Shown here piece after piece: positions 47,501 through 58,534 of a stretch of 58,534 nt of DNA. The notes beneath the pieces are model-generated. The model searched no databases. It saw nothing but the letters and a program-made list of their open reading frames with translations, and had not been told where the DNA came from. Made by a program: the position numbers and the translations under genes. The stretch comes from Psammoneis japonica (lineage: Eukaryota). The stretch lies in the NCBI GenBank assembly GCA_008632985.1, contig QPGO01000153.1, positions 124,001-182,534 on the forward strand, read 5' to 3'. Each line of letters opens with the position of its first letter. Position 1 is the first letter of the stretch.

Positions 47501-49803
47501 GCTGCCATGTCTCAGCAACAATGAGATGTGTCAGTGACCATTGGATGAGTGACAGAGAATGTGCAAAATTGTGGACAGGTGCGTTCCTGAATTTGCACAC
47601 ACACATCATGTGTTGTCACAATGTGAAATGGACCAGTTTGGGTGATGGAGAGAGTGGTTGGTGGAGAGAGATGGCATCAGACAAGCAGAGGGAATGATCA
47701 AACAAGTTGCAAACAAATGAAAAAGAGGCAACGGCACATGTGGTTTGGCACAAAAAAAATGTGGGGTCAAGCACAAATTTTGAACCATGTGAAACTGATG
47801 TTGCATCAGAAAAGAAGTGGAGTGCATGTTTTGTGACAATGAGAAAAAAATGTGGTGTTTGGGGTTAATTTGAAGAGTGTGCCAATCTTCATTTGCATGT
47901 TGGATTGGCTTGCAATGGAACACAATTCAAAACAGTGGAAGGTTGATGGACATTCAAACATGGGGTTGGTGGAAATGAGTGCTCAAAAATGATGCAAACA
48001 CCTGTTTGAATCAAGAGAGGATGCGTGAGCAATGAGAAAACAGAGAAAATCACATGCAAAGTGCACTCATTTCACAACTTTCCTTGTCATGAACCGGGCA
48101 AGATGAGGCCAACAGCGCAACACAAGAGCTGCCTGTTGGGAAGGGAAAGATGATGGAGGACACAGTTGTCACAGGTGCAACAGAGGGAGGAAGCACAACT
48201 TCGAGCAGCAAGTTGGGTTGAGAAGGGCATGACAAAGAGATGCTGATGCACTGATGACTTGTGATTTGCCGCTGTGGTGTGACACACAGTTGCAATGAGT
48301 CCTGCGGCCTGGTGGCGGCCTTGTTCAATGCACAAACAAACAAACAAACATGGGGAACTGAATCGACTCCAGTTTGTGGGTGGGGACTTGAGTTCAGTGG
48401 TGACTCCCATGGAGCATTGCCATGTGTTGGATCAAGCTCCAGCAGTGGGCAAGAAATTGACTGGGTCCATGCTGGCAAAGGCAATCAATGAAAGTGTTTT
48501 GCTGCATCACAAGTTCACAATCTTCAACAAAGAAATGGCTGGCAGGAAAAGATTTCATGAAAACGGTTCTGCATGAGTTGAGGAGCATGGTGTCTTTGCC
48601 AGAGGCATTCTGGGAAGAATGCAGAGAGGTGTCCAGAACCAAACTCAACTGCAAGAGGAACAATGTGCAGGACAACATGAGGAGGAGGATGACAGGCAAG
48701 CAGCAATGTGCGTGCATTCAAGTGTGTTGGAGGGGATTGTCTGATGGGTTGAGTGTCGCTTCCATTGATTTCATCTGTGCAGCTGCTGCTTTAGAGGGGT
48801 TGCTGCTGGCGAAGTGCAAAGATTTGACAAAGGGAAGAGAGCTGACAAAGACACGTGCACGTGGTTCTTAGAAACTCTGGTGCAGACTGTGGTGGGACAA
48901 GCACAGTTTGGTGGAAGCACAGCAAATTTGCTCCAAGAGTGGCTCTCCATTTCATCAAGGCATTTGCTCTGCTGGAGCACTTGAGCTGCTGCAACAAGGT
49001 GATGGACACAGCAGAGAAATTGGAAAAGGAAAATGACATTGGAAGGAGGAGGAAGCTGACAGTGCAGGATGCTGCTCCTGCAAAGTGCATGGCACAGGCA
49101 GTGGGGGATTTGGCAAAGAGGAGCCAAGGATGGAGCAAGGAGGGGATCAAAAAGTGCAATGATCTGTGTGAGTGGGTGGTGAAAGACCAAGAGAGCAACA
49201 AAGGATTTGGCGCATGGTTCAAGGAGAGAAGGCAAGAGAAGACAAACTTGTCCAGGGAGGAAAACAAAAAACACAAGAGAGAGGAAGGAAGGGCAGCGCC
49301 AATGGGAGAGGACCTGCCATTGCAGGTGGTGGCTGCCAGCAACAAAGCAGAAGCAATTGCTGCCATGGCAACCAACCAAACTGGTGTGTGAGTGCAAATT
49401 GCAGCAAACAACAAAATCCAGATGACAAAAAAAAGGCATTCTGCAAAGCAATTCAAATTCAAGAACATGTGGCAGTTGCACATTTGGCTTTTAAAACAAC
49501 AAAGCAAAGAGACAAAATGCAAATTGCAGACAAGGAGGGTGGGTTGTGAGCAGCAACAAATGTGTTCAATGAACAAGGAACTGCAAATGTCAACAGGGGT
49601 CAAGATTGTGGTCATGTGCAAAAAGGTTCACACTTGAAAGTGGGGAGCAATTTGGACTTTAGAAGCTTGTGAACTTGTGTGGTTCTCATCTTGCATTTGG
49701 GGAGGACTTGGCTTGCAGCAAGTTTGCAACAATCTGGGATTGCAGTCAAGAAATTCCCAGATTGTGGCAGACGGTCAGACCCAGATTTTTGGTGTCCCAG
49801 ATG
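44573..49803 (+). repeat. Copy B of the dispersed transposon segment, with ~1.9 kb extra sequence (45830-47750)
   Basis: Colinear with 27025-30445; includes the ORF relic QGWSKEGIKKCNDLCEW. Confidence 0.85.
46950..47330 (-). pseudogene. Class I SAM-dependent (DOT1-like) methyltransferase relic
   Basis: FINVGGGCAS..ACSMELHSPCH..KIFFGN..GTVVISF reverts by the local mutation rules to FIDVGGGY..AYSMELHSPRH. Confidence 0.45.
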
Positions 49804-51280
49804 AAGCAGCTTTTGGGTGCCCAGCTCTGTGCTTGCACATTTTCTTGGCTGTGTTGTCTGCAAACAAAATTTGTTTTAGAGCCAGCCAGACAGCAATCTG
49901 TGCCACATGAAAAAGCTGGAGCTTCCAAGACAAAGGTGGCTTTCCCACCAACACAGAAATGAAAAAGCAAGATGCCAAAGGCACATGTGTGTTGTCACTC
50001 CCCCCTTGCTTGCGCTTGTTGTTGACTTGCCCCATGCAAAAACACTGTGGTGTGGGTGTGCTCATGCTGAGATGTGAGCAAAGAAAGAAGAAGTTTGCTT
50101 CTCTTCAAACAAGATGTGGGTGTTTTTTGCACACACACTTCAGAAAAGGTGGGAACAGAATGTGTGTTTTCTGTGCTGCAATTTTTTTTAGTTCATGCTG
50201 GGCAAGGAGGGTGAGGCATGGCAGGCAGCAAGATGGTGAGCTGCATTTCTTGCACAAGAACCAACCAACACAATGTGCTGGTTGCATCAGGTGTTTGTGC
50301 AACAACGCCAAACTCCACTTTCCTTGCTTTTGTTTGCCGCACTTGCCAGCATCATGGCACCATTGTCAAAGTGTTGTGTGTGAGCACAAGCTTGCACTCA
50401 TCAAGAACAAGAAAATGGCATCATTCAATGCAGCCACTGCATTGTTGCCAAAGTGTGACAATGGAAAAAAATTCTCTGACAATGTCTGACTGAGTGCATG
50501 TCTCAAGCAGAAAAAGACATCAAAGCACCACTGCACAATGACCTGACATCAAAACAACATAAAACTCAGCCACGTCACTTCATGACAACCCCAGAACATT
50601 TCCACACAATCAGCTTTTCACATGCTGCAGCAGCCTCCTGCTTTGGGTGCCACTCAACCACAGTCTTGCTGCACATGCCAACCAAAACTGGCCAGGTGGT
50701 GCCAACAGCTCTTGCAGAGAAGGGGGGATCAAAGCAGTGAGTGCTGCCAGCATGCTTTTTAGTTGGGTCTTTGCATGGTGAGGACCTGGAGGTTCCTTAC
50801 CCATCAAAGACAAGCCTCAGAAACTTGGACTCCACAACAGCATGCTCACATGGAGAAGCTCAGGTGCTTGCCACTTGAAACAAGTCAGTGGTGTTGGGTG
50901 GCAGTGTTGGAAAAATGCATGCAGATCCAATTTAAACAAGGCCGCTTTTGCAATGGCTTCAAAATAACGGCGCCTTGTGCAATTCGCAAACACCAGATTT
51001 CCAAGTCCCAAGTCCCTTTCATCCAGAAGTCTGTCGTCGTGTTGAAGGGAAGGCACCGAGACTTGCTGTCAAGTCTGCTTTTACCAAATGTCAATAGACG
51101 CACTCACATAAGTGCACAAGATGAGTTTGTTCATTCACCAGTGGCTTATGAAATTATGCACTAGAATGAATTGAAGGGAAAACATGTACCTAGGGTGGGA
51201 ACGTCGCATCCTAACACATGCCAGCAACAATTTATGCAGTTGGCTGGATCGTTGCAACGTTCCCCCGGCTACAACCTTGC

Positions 51281-53385
51281 TCAGGTCCATTGACTCAAAA
51301 GCGGTGCCAGATACACTGCTAGACCCGGAATCAGACCCCAGACCTCAAAGCAAAAGCCCTGAAGTACCCACAAGAGATCGAGACAGTGCCAGGCGGGTAG
51401 CATGTAGATTATACCGTCGGAAAGAGCATAACCATCCACCACTGACTGAGGGTCGGAGTGAGGGCCACGCATTCGAAACTGGTATGCGGCAAATTGGGAG
51501 CAGTAAGCCTTGACACAGGCCACAGGAGCATGCAAGAAGAACCTCACGAAGTTTGGCTCGCAGCCGACGCAGTGGCGAGCAAGATAGTTTGTATAAAACC
51601 AGACACCTGACGTGGCGTTGTAACAGTAATGAGTCCTCGCTGACTCGCATATATGGGCTTGCATCTCTACCTCACTGATAAGGTTTCTCTTCTTGGAACA
51701 TATCAAGGCAAACCAGCGTGCCTGCATTTCAAAACCCATAATGAGGGAGCCCACTTGTCCTCGCATAAAGCCAATGAATGCCATGTCTCGAAGATCCGGG
51801 TGGAATACTCCAAGATACCGTTCACATACCTTATTTGTCATGTGCGCTTTCGGAAGGAATGGAAACTTTGACGGCTGATATCCCGTCATTAGCAGAATGG
51901 CATCGTACTGCTGTATGCTGCCGTCATCCAGAACAACCGCTCCATCATTGTTGATGCATTTGACACCACTTCGAATGCTGCACTTCTCTTTGTTCTGACT
52001 CAGCGCAAAGACAAGGTTGTCGCTCTTGGTGGTTTGGACCGATGAGCAAATCGTTCTTACACCTGTCAAGCATTCAGATATGTATTTTTTGGTGAAGAGT
52101 AACCGTAGGTTCCACCAGATGGATGGAGCCCAAAGCATTTTGCCTCCATACTGACGAGCAAACGCGTTGTTGAAGAAGGCGGTGGTCACTATGACGAGCT
52201 TGTAGGTTGCCCAGCGAGCAAAACGAGGTGCTTGATAGAGAACACGGGTCTCGTAATAGTCAGGTGGAAGTCCCCACATGCTCCGCGGTAGAACTTGAAG
52301 CGGATTTCGGAGTGACACGTCACAAACGTTTACCTTGTCACAGAGATCCAAGACAACATCTGACGCGGTCTCCCCGCCTCCAACCACCAAGACCCGTTTG
52401 TCTCTGAACCTTTCAAAATCGTCTTCATCAAAAAGCTCGGACGAATGGATAATGTTTCCTTTGAAATTATCCTGACCCTCAAACTTAATAATCCTTGGAA
52501 CAGCTGTTTGCCCAGAGCAGACAGCTACTTTGTCAAACTCCTGCACAGTTTCAACTTTGCTACTTGTCTGTACCGTCTTGATCTGCCATCGACCGTCCTT
52601 CATCTTTGTAACTTCCTTCACAATCGTGTTGAGTTTGACGTACTGATCAACTCCAAAGTACTTGGCATACCTTGAAAGATAGTCCATGAAGGCTTCTTGA
52701 CTCGCAAAGTAGGGATCTGGTCCTGGATACTCGGCTTGAATGGGAAAGTCCGAAAAGGCCGTGTTTAATGCTGAGCTTGAGGTCATTGTGTTTGCAAGAG
52801 CTTGTCCTCGGCCGCACTGCTTTCCAGTTCGCTGCCAGACTCCGCCAATGGCAGAGCTCTGTTCAAAGACCACGGGTACATGACCTTCGGCAATCAACTC
52901 TTTGGCTGTCACCAAACCAGCTTTCAAAAAGTAGCAGCAGAAGACGTGCCAGTGAGATATGCGAGTTGTAGAAGGTGACGCGTTGAAGTCGATTACGTAC
53001 CTGGGCCCGCACCGATCACAGCAACTGTTAGTTTCTCTTTTGGAGGAACACTGTCCTTTGGATCCTCGTCGGGCTGAAGGTATAGTAGCACTACCCGCGC
53101 AAACACATACGTCAAGATCAGGTAAAGAATGGAATCAAGGGACATTACCTTCATGCGATAGCTCAAAACTAGTGGCCAGGCCGCGAGAAGAAGGATCAGC
53201 ACATTGAGTGGTATCAAGGTGATCAACATTATGAAATTGACAAATGCCTGGTACAACGGACTCCACCAACCATCACCGCGTGAAGCCCACTCCAAATCAG
53301 CCTGGTGGAGAGCGTTTCGTCGCGTGGGTGTCAAACCCGATCGACACTTCAAGCTTTCATCGCGTCCCATCACGGTTGATGTCAT
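51281..53385 (-). CDS. Flavin-containing monooxygenase with N-terminal TM helices
   Basis: GAGPAGL across intron 53000-52921, GGVW, FKGNIIHS, VLVVGGGETASD, MTGY, EMQARW. Confidence 0.92.
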
Positions 53386-53820
53386 ATATCTTCTCTCGCT
53401 TTATGTTGCGGAGGGTTAAGCCTTTGTTTCACTTTAAAATATTATAGTCAATGAAAGGTGATTCGATCCGAACAGATGATTTTATTGTGTCGAGCAATCC
53501 TATCGCAACCCAAAATACTGATGTTTTTTTCCCGTCATCACGGAAAACTGCACAGCAATCGTAAAGAAGGATCAACACGCGATGTTCTGATTGCTTTGAT
53601 GGATTCAGGGTTCGGAGGTGTCAACTGGATCGTTAGAACGTAGAAGATGTACGTGAATTTCTCGTAGAAAGTTGAGGCGCGAAAGATCGCAAGCTATCTG
53701 TCGCAGCCATCACCCGGAAAGTTTGTACGGGGCGCAACAGCTCTAGCTACTAGCTCTAGAGAGTAGAGCAGAAGGTCCTACTGCGGGAACATTTAAGTAG
53801 CGTCAGATCTCAGATCAGAT

Positions 53821-55956
53821 TTACATAATTATTATCATTGCCAAACAAACACTTAGAAACAGGAGATAGCTTGTAGGACGAAGAGTGGCGGTTGCGGACG
53901 TCGAGGTGCATGAATAGCCCGTGCTTTCGTCTCCAACACAAACTTGTCCTTCACTACACCCCGCGTTGAATTCCTCAAGGCATTGGCATGTGCCTTCGAA
54001 GCACCGAGTTGTACTACAGTCAAGGGTAATTTCAGGATCGCACGTTGCCCCGACCGGCAAGCCGCAAAAGGGAGGCGCGTCTGGCAAAAACTGCAAGACA
54101 GTACAGGTGCGGCCACTGTTGCAACCATCGTTGGTGTCCAGGTTGCATTGGCAGTTTCCTGGTGTACCAGGAGGGACCAAGCCAAAAAAGCAAACGTTGC
54201 TTTCACAGTCAGCATTTTCGCGACATGTTGAACCGACCGGTAATAAAGCAGAAACTGTTTCGCAAGTCCCGTTCTGCAAACAACTTCCTCGGCAACAGCC
54301 ATCCTGAAGAAAACACTCGGTATCAGGAGCAGGTGGCTGACAGGCAGCACCGTCCGGAAGAGCACAATAGGGAGGCACAGTTGCCCTTGATTCGGAAATG
54401 CCAGCAACACACTCGGTCGCACTATCGCATCCGGTATTGAGCCTTGTGTTGCACGAACAAACGCCGCCGTCTCCAAAACCAAAAAAGCAATTATCGCTTA
54501 AACAATCCATGTTTTGTTTGCATACTGATCCAATCGGTGAGCCTTCTCCTGGCTCGGACGTATCGTCGTTACAGGTATACCCGGTATTTTCATCTCCCAC
54601 ACAAACCTGCCCTTCCGCACAACCGGCGTTGAAGTCCTTGTGGCATTGGCATGTTCCGTTGAAGCACTGAGTTGAACTGCAGTCCAATGGATTTTCAGCA
54701 TCACAACTTGCCCCAATAGGTAATCCACAAAAGGCTGGTGCATCCATCACAGTCTCCACAAATGTACACGTACGACCACCCGTACAACCAACGTTGGTAT
54801 CTACATTGCATTGACAGCTTCCCGGCGAGCCGGGAGGGATCAAGCCATAAAAGCAAACATTGCTTTCACAGTCTGTATTAATGCGACATGGAGATCCAAA
54901 CGGTAAATTGGAGATTGTTTCACAGGTTCCATCCTGCAAACAACTTGCTCGGCAACAACCACCGTCTTGAAGAAAGCACTCGGTATCTACAGCCGGTTGA
55001 CTACACGCAGCGCCGTCTGGGAGAGCACAATAGGGAGGGACAGCTGACGATGATTCGGAAATACCAACAACACACTCGGTTCCAGTATTGCATCCAGTAT
55101 TGAGCCGCGGGTTGCACGTACACACGCCGCCGTCTCCAAAACCAACAAAGCAAAAGTCGCTAACGCATTCTGACTTTTCTTGGCAAGCCGCTCCAATCGG
55201 CAAGAGTTCACCAACCAGTTCGGACGTATCCTTACAGGTATACCCCACCTCTTCGTCACCAACACAAACGTCATCACCCGTACATCCCAAATTGACCAAG
55301 TTGATGTTGCACTGACAGGTCCCATTCCAACAAACCGTCGTGTCACAATCCAACGCTCTTGTGTCATTGCACGCGGCACCCATGGGAAGCGCACAGGCCG
55401 GAGGTCCATCGGCAAAGAATTCAAAAAATTGACACGTGCGATTCTCATTGGGAGGACAACCCGCATTGGTATTGACATTGCATTGACAACGTCCCGGTGT
55501 ATCGGCAGGTTGAATGGATCGAAAACAAAAATTAGAATCACAATCCGAAGCTATGCCGCATGTTTCTCCAATCGGTCGAGGAATATATGCTTTACAAATT
55601 CCTCCGTCGGTGCTACATTTGCCCTTGCAACATTGTTCTGTCAAGAAACAATCGGATCCTTGTTGTTGTAAATCACAAGGCTGTCCCTCTTGCAAGGCAC
55701 AGAACGGAGGCAGTGCCGGACTTGGCTGTGAAATGTCAATACTGCAAGTCGCAGGACTGGAGCAGCCTTGGTTTGTATCCGTGTTGCAGGTACAAACTCC
55801 TTCGGTTTCAAATCCAAAAAAGCAAGCTCTCGTTTCACAATCAGAATCTTGTCGACAGACCGATCCAATCGGCTCTTGAGCGAAAACTGTTGTTGTTGTT
55901 GTTGAGAGGAGAGCAACAACAATGAGGAGGGTAGCGGCGAGATGCTGCAAATTCAT
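53821..55956 (-). CDS. Cys-rich repeat cell-surface protein, probably GPI-anchored
   Basis: Signal peptide from ATG 55956; three tandem super-repeats of P(I/V)GxxCxxxxDCxSxxCF..CxCN..PPFC modules; hydrophobic C-terminus after a Ser/Thr linker. Confidence 0.88.
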   Translation of the reverse strand: MNLQHLAATLLIVVALLSTTTTTVFAQEPIGSVCRQDSDCETRACFFGFETEGVCTCNTDTNQGCSSPATCSIDISQPSPALPPFCALQEGQPCDLQQQGSDCFLTEQCCKGKCSTDGGICKAYIPRPIGETCGIASDCDSNFCFRSIQPADTPGRCQCNVNTNAGCPPNENRTCQFFEFFADGPPACALPMGAACNDTRALDCDTTVCWNGTCQCNINLVNLGCTGDDVCVGDEEVGYTCKDTSELVGELLPIGAACQEKSECVSDFCFVGFGDGGVCTCNPRLNTGCNTGTECVVGISESSSAVPPYCALPDGAACSQPAVDTECFLQDGGCCRASCLQDGTCETISNLPFGSPCRINTDCESNVCFYGLIPPGSPGSCQCNVDTNVGCTGGRTCTFVETVMDAPAFCGLPIGASCDAENPLDCSSTQCFNGTCQCHKDFNAGCAEGQVCVGDENTGYTCNDDTSEPGEGSPIGSVCKQNMDCLSDNCFFGFGDGGVCSCNTRLNTGCDSATECVAGISESRATVPPYCALPDGAACQPPAPDTECFLQDGCCRGSCLQNGTCETVSALLPVGSTCRENADCESNVCFFGLVPPGTPGNCQCNLDTNDGCNSGRTCTVLQFLPDAPPFCGLPVGATCDPEITLDCSTTRCFEGTCQCLEEFNAGCSEGQVCVGDESTGYSCTSTSATATLRPTSYLLFLSVCLAMIIIM

Positions 55957-56435
55957 GGTAAGACACAATAAAAATTCCTCTCTGGCAAAATAGAAGAAAA
56001 TTTTTGTAGGGTATTTCCTCAAGGACAGTCACCAGTAGACTCTGAGAAATTGTGTCAACCTATGGCGGCTTTTTGTTCTTGATGAGACGTGACGCTGTTC
56101 GTTGTTGCTGCGGCTGCTGCAACACCCGTCGCTGTTGGTTTGTTTTGAAGCAAGAGAAAAAAGGGACGTGTGAACTTGGAACGGGCGCAGTCTGAAAGTC
56201 GCGCGAAGATCGATCGGTTCTCGCTGGTCATGGATTGATTCGTGACTAGCGATCACGACTAAAAACATTAGCTTTTATCCATAAATGGATAAAACGGAAA
56301 AATTATGGTCCCACATTTTCTCCAAAAACGTGACACGGTCCCTCATTTTTTGGCCTTTGATGCGAACCCTCTCGTGCCGATCAGCTTCGTCCATGTTCTC
56401 ACAAAAAAAACTACCTTTCTCAAAAACAGCTCAAC

Positions 56436-58086
56436 ATGAATCTGTTCTTCCTTTGTTCACTACTCCTTCCGATTTCCAAGGAAAGCCCAGTCGTCGTTAC
56501 GGCCTTTTCGGCACAACCCGTTTCTTTGAAAACAACAAGCCCCTTTGTGTCTAGACGGATCGTTCCGAAAAATCCCATACACAGCAGCGCTTTATTAATG
56601 TCGGCAAGCAACGGTTCATTTGAAAAACGACGACGACCACCACGATTGGTGGTGGTGGGTGGTGGCGTGGGTGGCTTGTCCACCGCTTTGGATGCGCGCA
56701 ACGAACTTGGAACCAAAGTTGAGGTGATTGTCGTTTCCGATCGAGACATTTTCAGCTTTACACCGAGCAATCCGTGGGTGGCCGTCAAGACGAGGGAACC
56801 AAAGGATATTCAACTAAATTTGCAAGATCTTCTTCCCAAACATGGCATTGAGTTTGTGCATGGCCGTGCACAAAGGTTGGATCCGAAACGACAGCAATTG
56901 ACATTGACTGACAATAACAAGCAAACGACGATTGTCGATTATGACTACTTGGTCATTGCCACGGGCCCACGGTTGGCCTTTGAAGAAATAGCTGGCATGA
57001 AGGAATCGGGAAAATCGGTTTGTACCACTCCCCACGCACAAGACGCCGCCACGGCGTTGCAACGATTGATTGCGCAACCGGGACCCGTCGTGGTGGGTGC
57101 GACACAGGGTGCATCGTGTTTTGGACCCGCCTATGAATACGCCTTTTTGTTACAAATGCCCTAAAGGAGGCCGGGGGGCAATCCTTGGTCGATCAATGCC
57201 CCATGACCTTTGTCACGCCCGAACCGTACATTGGTCATTTGGGTTTGGATGGAGCTGGAATTCTCGTAATGTCTTGATTGAAACGTTGGGTCGGCACAAT
57301 GTCGAGTACATGGCGAATTCTCGAGTGAAAAAGGTGGAACCCGACAGTGTTCACGTTCAAGAATTGCACAAGAAAACCGGCAAGGTCATCAAGGACGCCA
57401 AGTTGACTAGCCGATTGACCATGTTGATTCCACCCTTTCGTGGATACGACGTTTGGAAGTCCGTTCCCGGTCTGACCGATGAAAAAGGTCTGGTGTTGGT
57501 GAATGATCACCAGCAATCCAAAGCCTTTGATAACATTTTTGCAGTCGGAGTGTGTGTTCACTTATCCAGACTCCCGTCATTCGATACTCCCGTAGCTCTT
57601 GGCGTGCCAAAGACTGGGTATGTGTAGTTTTGTGTTGTCCGTGCACATTTCGTATACTGTCGTTTGCTCGTTTTTCACTCACAATGTACTCCTTGCTTTT
57701 GCATTTCTAGATACATGATTGAAAGCATGGGTACCGCCGTTGTTCACAATATTGATCGCTTGATTGAAGAATCCAAAAACAAAAAGGAAGAGCGGGGTAA
57801 AGTGAAACTGACGAGTAAGCCCTCCTTGCATGGATTGTGTATAACGGATTTTGGTGGCGGCGAAGGCGCCATTTTTCTTACGGTTCCTCAAATATCACCA
57901 CGATCGATTGACGTAACGGTCGACAATGGATTTGTCTCGTGGCTATCCAAAGTACTTTTCGAAAAATACTTTTTGTTGAAACTAAAATTGGGCGACACCA
58001 ATCCTTGGATTGAACAGGTGCTTTTGAAGTTTGTTGGGATTGAACGTACGCGAGAAGAGCGTGTGACACCGGGCATTGCCACCTAG
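56436..58086 (+). CDS. sqr: Sulfide:quinone oxidoreductase, bacterial type I/IV-like, with a bipartite presequence
   Basis: GGGVGG, FTPSNPWV, YDYLVIATGP, SVC, SCFGPAYE, EPYIGHLGLDG, PPFRG, VPKTGYMIESM (across intron 57618-57710), CITDFG; 1-nt deletions at ~57155 and ~57260. Confidence 0.9.
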
Positions 58087-58342
58087 GGACAAACAAAAGG
58101 ACTCGTTCAAACCTCGTTCTAGGAAATATGTGTAAAAGCAGCCCCTCCAGAGGTTCATATCACGGCTGAGGAACAAAATGAAATCCCATTTGGTTTTCTA
58201 TTCTATGCTCAATTCGCTATTTCACATGCGTCCATGAAAATCATCGCTAGGGACTACGTTGGAAAAGCAATCCATCTGCTATACTGTCTTATGAATAATG
58301 AATAAACTCTATTGATGCGATTGAATCGCACCTTGTACCTAC

Positions 58343-58534
58343 TTAGGCTAGAAAGAAAATGGCACAGCAAATGGAAAAAGTGCATCCAAACAAGATGGTA
58401 GAACTTGACGGGGCTGCCGATTCGTCATCAATACCTAGATTGTTCGCTGTCTTTGTGATAGAAAATGACGAAGGTGAAGGTGCACTGGAACCAACTTGTG
58501 TAGGTGCAACGGATGTCGAAACAGGTGCACTTGT
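58343..58534 (-). CDS. C-terminus of a Ser/Pro/Thr-rich, probably GPI-anchored protein (continues beyond the window)
   Basis: Open frame TSAPVSTSVAPT...TILFGCTFSICCAIFFLA* from the window end. Confidence 0.6.
   Translation of the reverse strand, partial: TSAPVSTSVAPTQVGSSAPSPSSFSITKTANNLGIDDESAAPSSSTILFGCTFSICCAIFFLA

Larger units (their letters stand above)
43835..51000. mobile_element. Hypermutated transposon island
   Basis: TAY/RTA- and CpG-depleted; contains copy B of the duplicated segment. Confidence 0.8.

Noticed and set aside
53921..55925. Plus-strand repeated ORFs opposite the Cys-rich gene
   Set aside because: Antisense shadows of the repetitive minus-strand CDS.
9708..58086. Programmed frameshifting or mass pseudogenisation (frameshifts in aureochrome, lumen protein, propeller protein, Fluc, subtilase, NCAPH, kinase, SQR)
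   Set aside because: Most are single missing bases, often in short homopolymers, and one hits an essential gene (condensin H). Unpolished long-read error is far more likely; check with short reads.

Overview
Eukaryotic nuclear DNA, most likely from a diatom (stramenopile). This is supported by short GT-AG introns, bipartite plastid-targeting presequences, a bZIP-LOV aureochrome and condensin H. About 19 host genes or gene fragments are recognisable: an LRR protein, a GnT-II/GnT-IV-like glycosyltransferase fusion, thioredoxin, UROD, aureochrome, a lumenal PsbQ-like protein, a beta-propeller protein, two tandem EGF membrane proteins, a Fluc channel, an atypical subtilase, a PAC4-like protein, NCAPH, a plastid pseudokinase, an FMO, two Cys-rich surface proteins, a bacterial-type SQR and a partial Ser/Pro/Thr-rich protein. 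Many carry single-base frameshifts that look like long-read assembly errors. Between the genes lie sharply bounded islands of dead transposons (~8.45-9.6, 19.6-21.2, 25.4-36.4 and 43.8-51.0 kb). These have lost CpG and also almost all TpA in the TAY/RTA context, while YTAR survives. Two copies of one element show reciprocal CA/TG differences, including at probable Tyr codons. This points to a repeat-targeted A-to-G hypermutation (RIP-like) process on top of CpG decay, which is the strongest candidate for an undescribed system. A plastid-targeted type I/IV-like sulfide:quinone oxidoreductase is the second highlight. All family assignments come from motif recognition by eye; no searches or counts were run.
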